Shown in pieces: positions 63,322-64,000 of a DNA stretch of 64,000 nt (its first letter is position 1; each line of letters starts with the position of its first letter). Source of the stretch: Phoronis australis (Eukaryota; Animalia; Phoronida); assembly GCA_002633005.1 (NCBI GenBank), contig NMRA01000180.1, positions 371,955-435,954 of the forward strand. The letters are read 5' to 3'. Made by a program: the position numbers and the translations under genes. Under the pieces are notes generated by a model, which saw only the letters and a list, made by a program, of their open reading frames with translations, searched no databases and was not told the origin of the DNA.

Positions 63322-64000
63322 TCTGTGGTAAAGCATATTACGCAACAGCTCTTCAACAACCGAGCTGCACACAATTTTTTTTCTCGGGCCATGCCGTTTT
63401 CTACCCTGACTATGTTAACCACACTTATCAAAAGCCATCTGCAAATCAAAAAAATATCTAGTTCTCTGGTAGCAGCTGAAGCAAAGTGGATTCTCTTTTT
63501 CGCACTGTTTTAACTTTTGATCAGAAGCACACGATAGAAGAGCACAAACTAACCTTAACAGCTTTCATCCCTAATATAGGGATTCTATCACTTCCCGTCA
63601 AGAAGACTGAAAATTCAAAGGAAAAGGAAAATTAATGCAATTATGTTTTGAGTGCAGAATATCACACAGCAACTGTAACACCATGAACAGCAACAATGTT
63701 CTGTCAGATTTGTCAACCAAGTAAATAACTCGTACCGTTCCCCATTTTTACAGGAATTTCTAAGAAATAAAAAAACAGAAGACAACACATCTCTTGATGA
63801 TATGGATAAACATAGGAATTTATAGTTGTACAATATACTGATGCATAATTTACACTGTCAAGTACGCCAGCATAAAATGAAAAACAAGAATATTGTTGAC
63901 TAAAATAAGCTGCGACAATAATGTTCGTGTAGACCCAAGCAACAAATGCTCACAATCAACACAAAGTGATCCTTCCATCCCAAGAACATAGATTCCATTT

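Noticed and set aside
60300-64000. A fourth gene at the right end of the window
   Set aside because: No coding exon recognised. It could be the 3' UTR of a minus-strand gene beyond the window, but this cannot be supported from the sequence here.

Overview
Intron-rich animal genomic DNA from a draft diploid assembly, probably a marine invertebrate (inferred from gene structure and repeat types). It is not prokaryotic. Three spliced genes can be rebuilt from GT-AG boundaries with consistent phases. (1) The last five coding exons of CPSF4/CPSF30 (+, 719-7619; the 5' end lies outside the window), with two CCHC knuckles. (2) A complete G-protein alpha 12/13 gene (-, 40243-14642; 3 exons, 362 aa, 24-kb first intron). 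(3) A complete 17-exon, 719-aa M3A oligopeptidase A-like gene (+, 40490-59323), head-to-head with the G-alpha gene with only 246 bp between the ATGs. Introns carry several non-autonomous DNA transposon families and minisatellites. Four near-identical tandem duplications abut N characters and look like uncollapsed haplotypes; three coincide with presence/absence of an insertion. Best leads: a recently active Helentron/DINE-1-like element whose internal repeats carry co-oriented CTCF-like motifs, and a remodelled catalytic site in the M3 peptidase (third zinc ligand Glu to His; His and Tyr helper residues lost). I found no CRISPR array, rRNA, intact tRNA, or transposase/RT ORF. Almost all ORFs in the supplied track are spurious or exon fragments.
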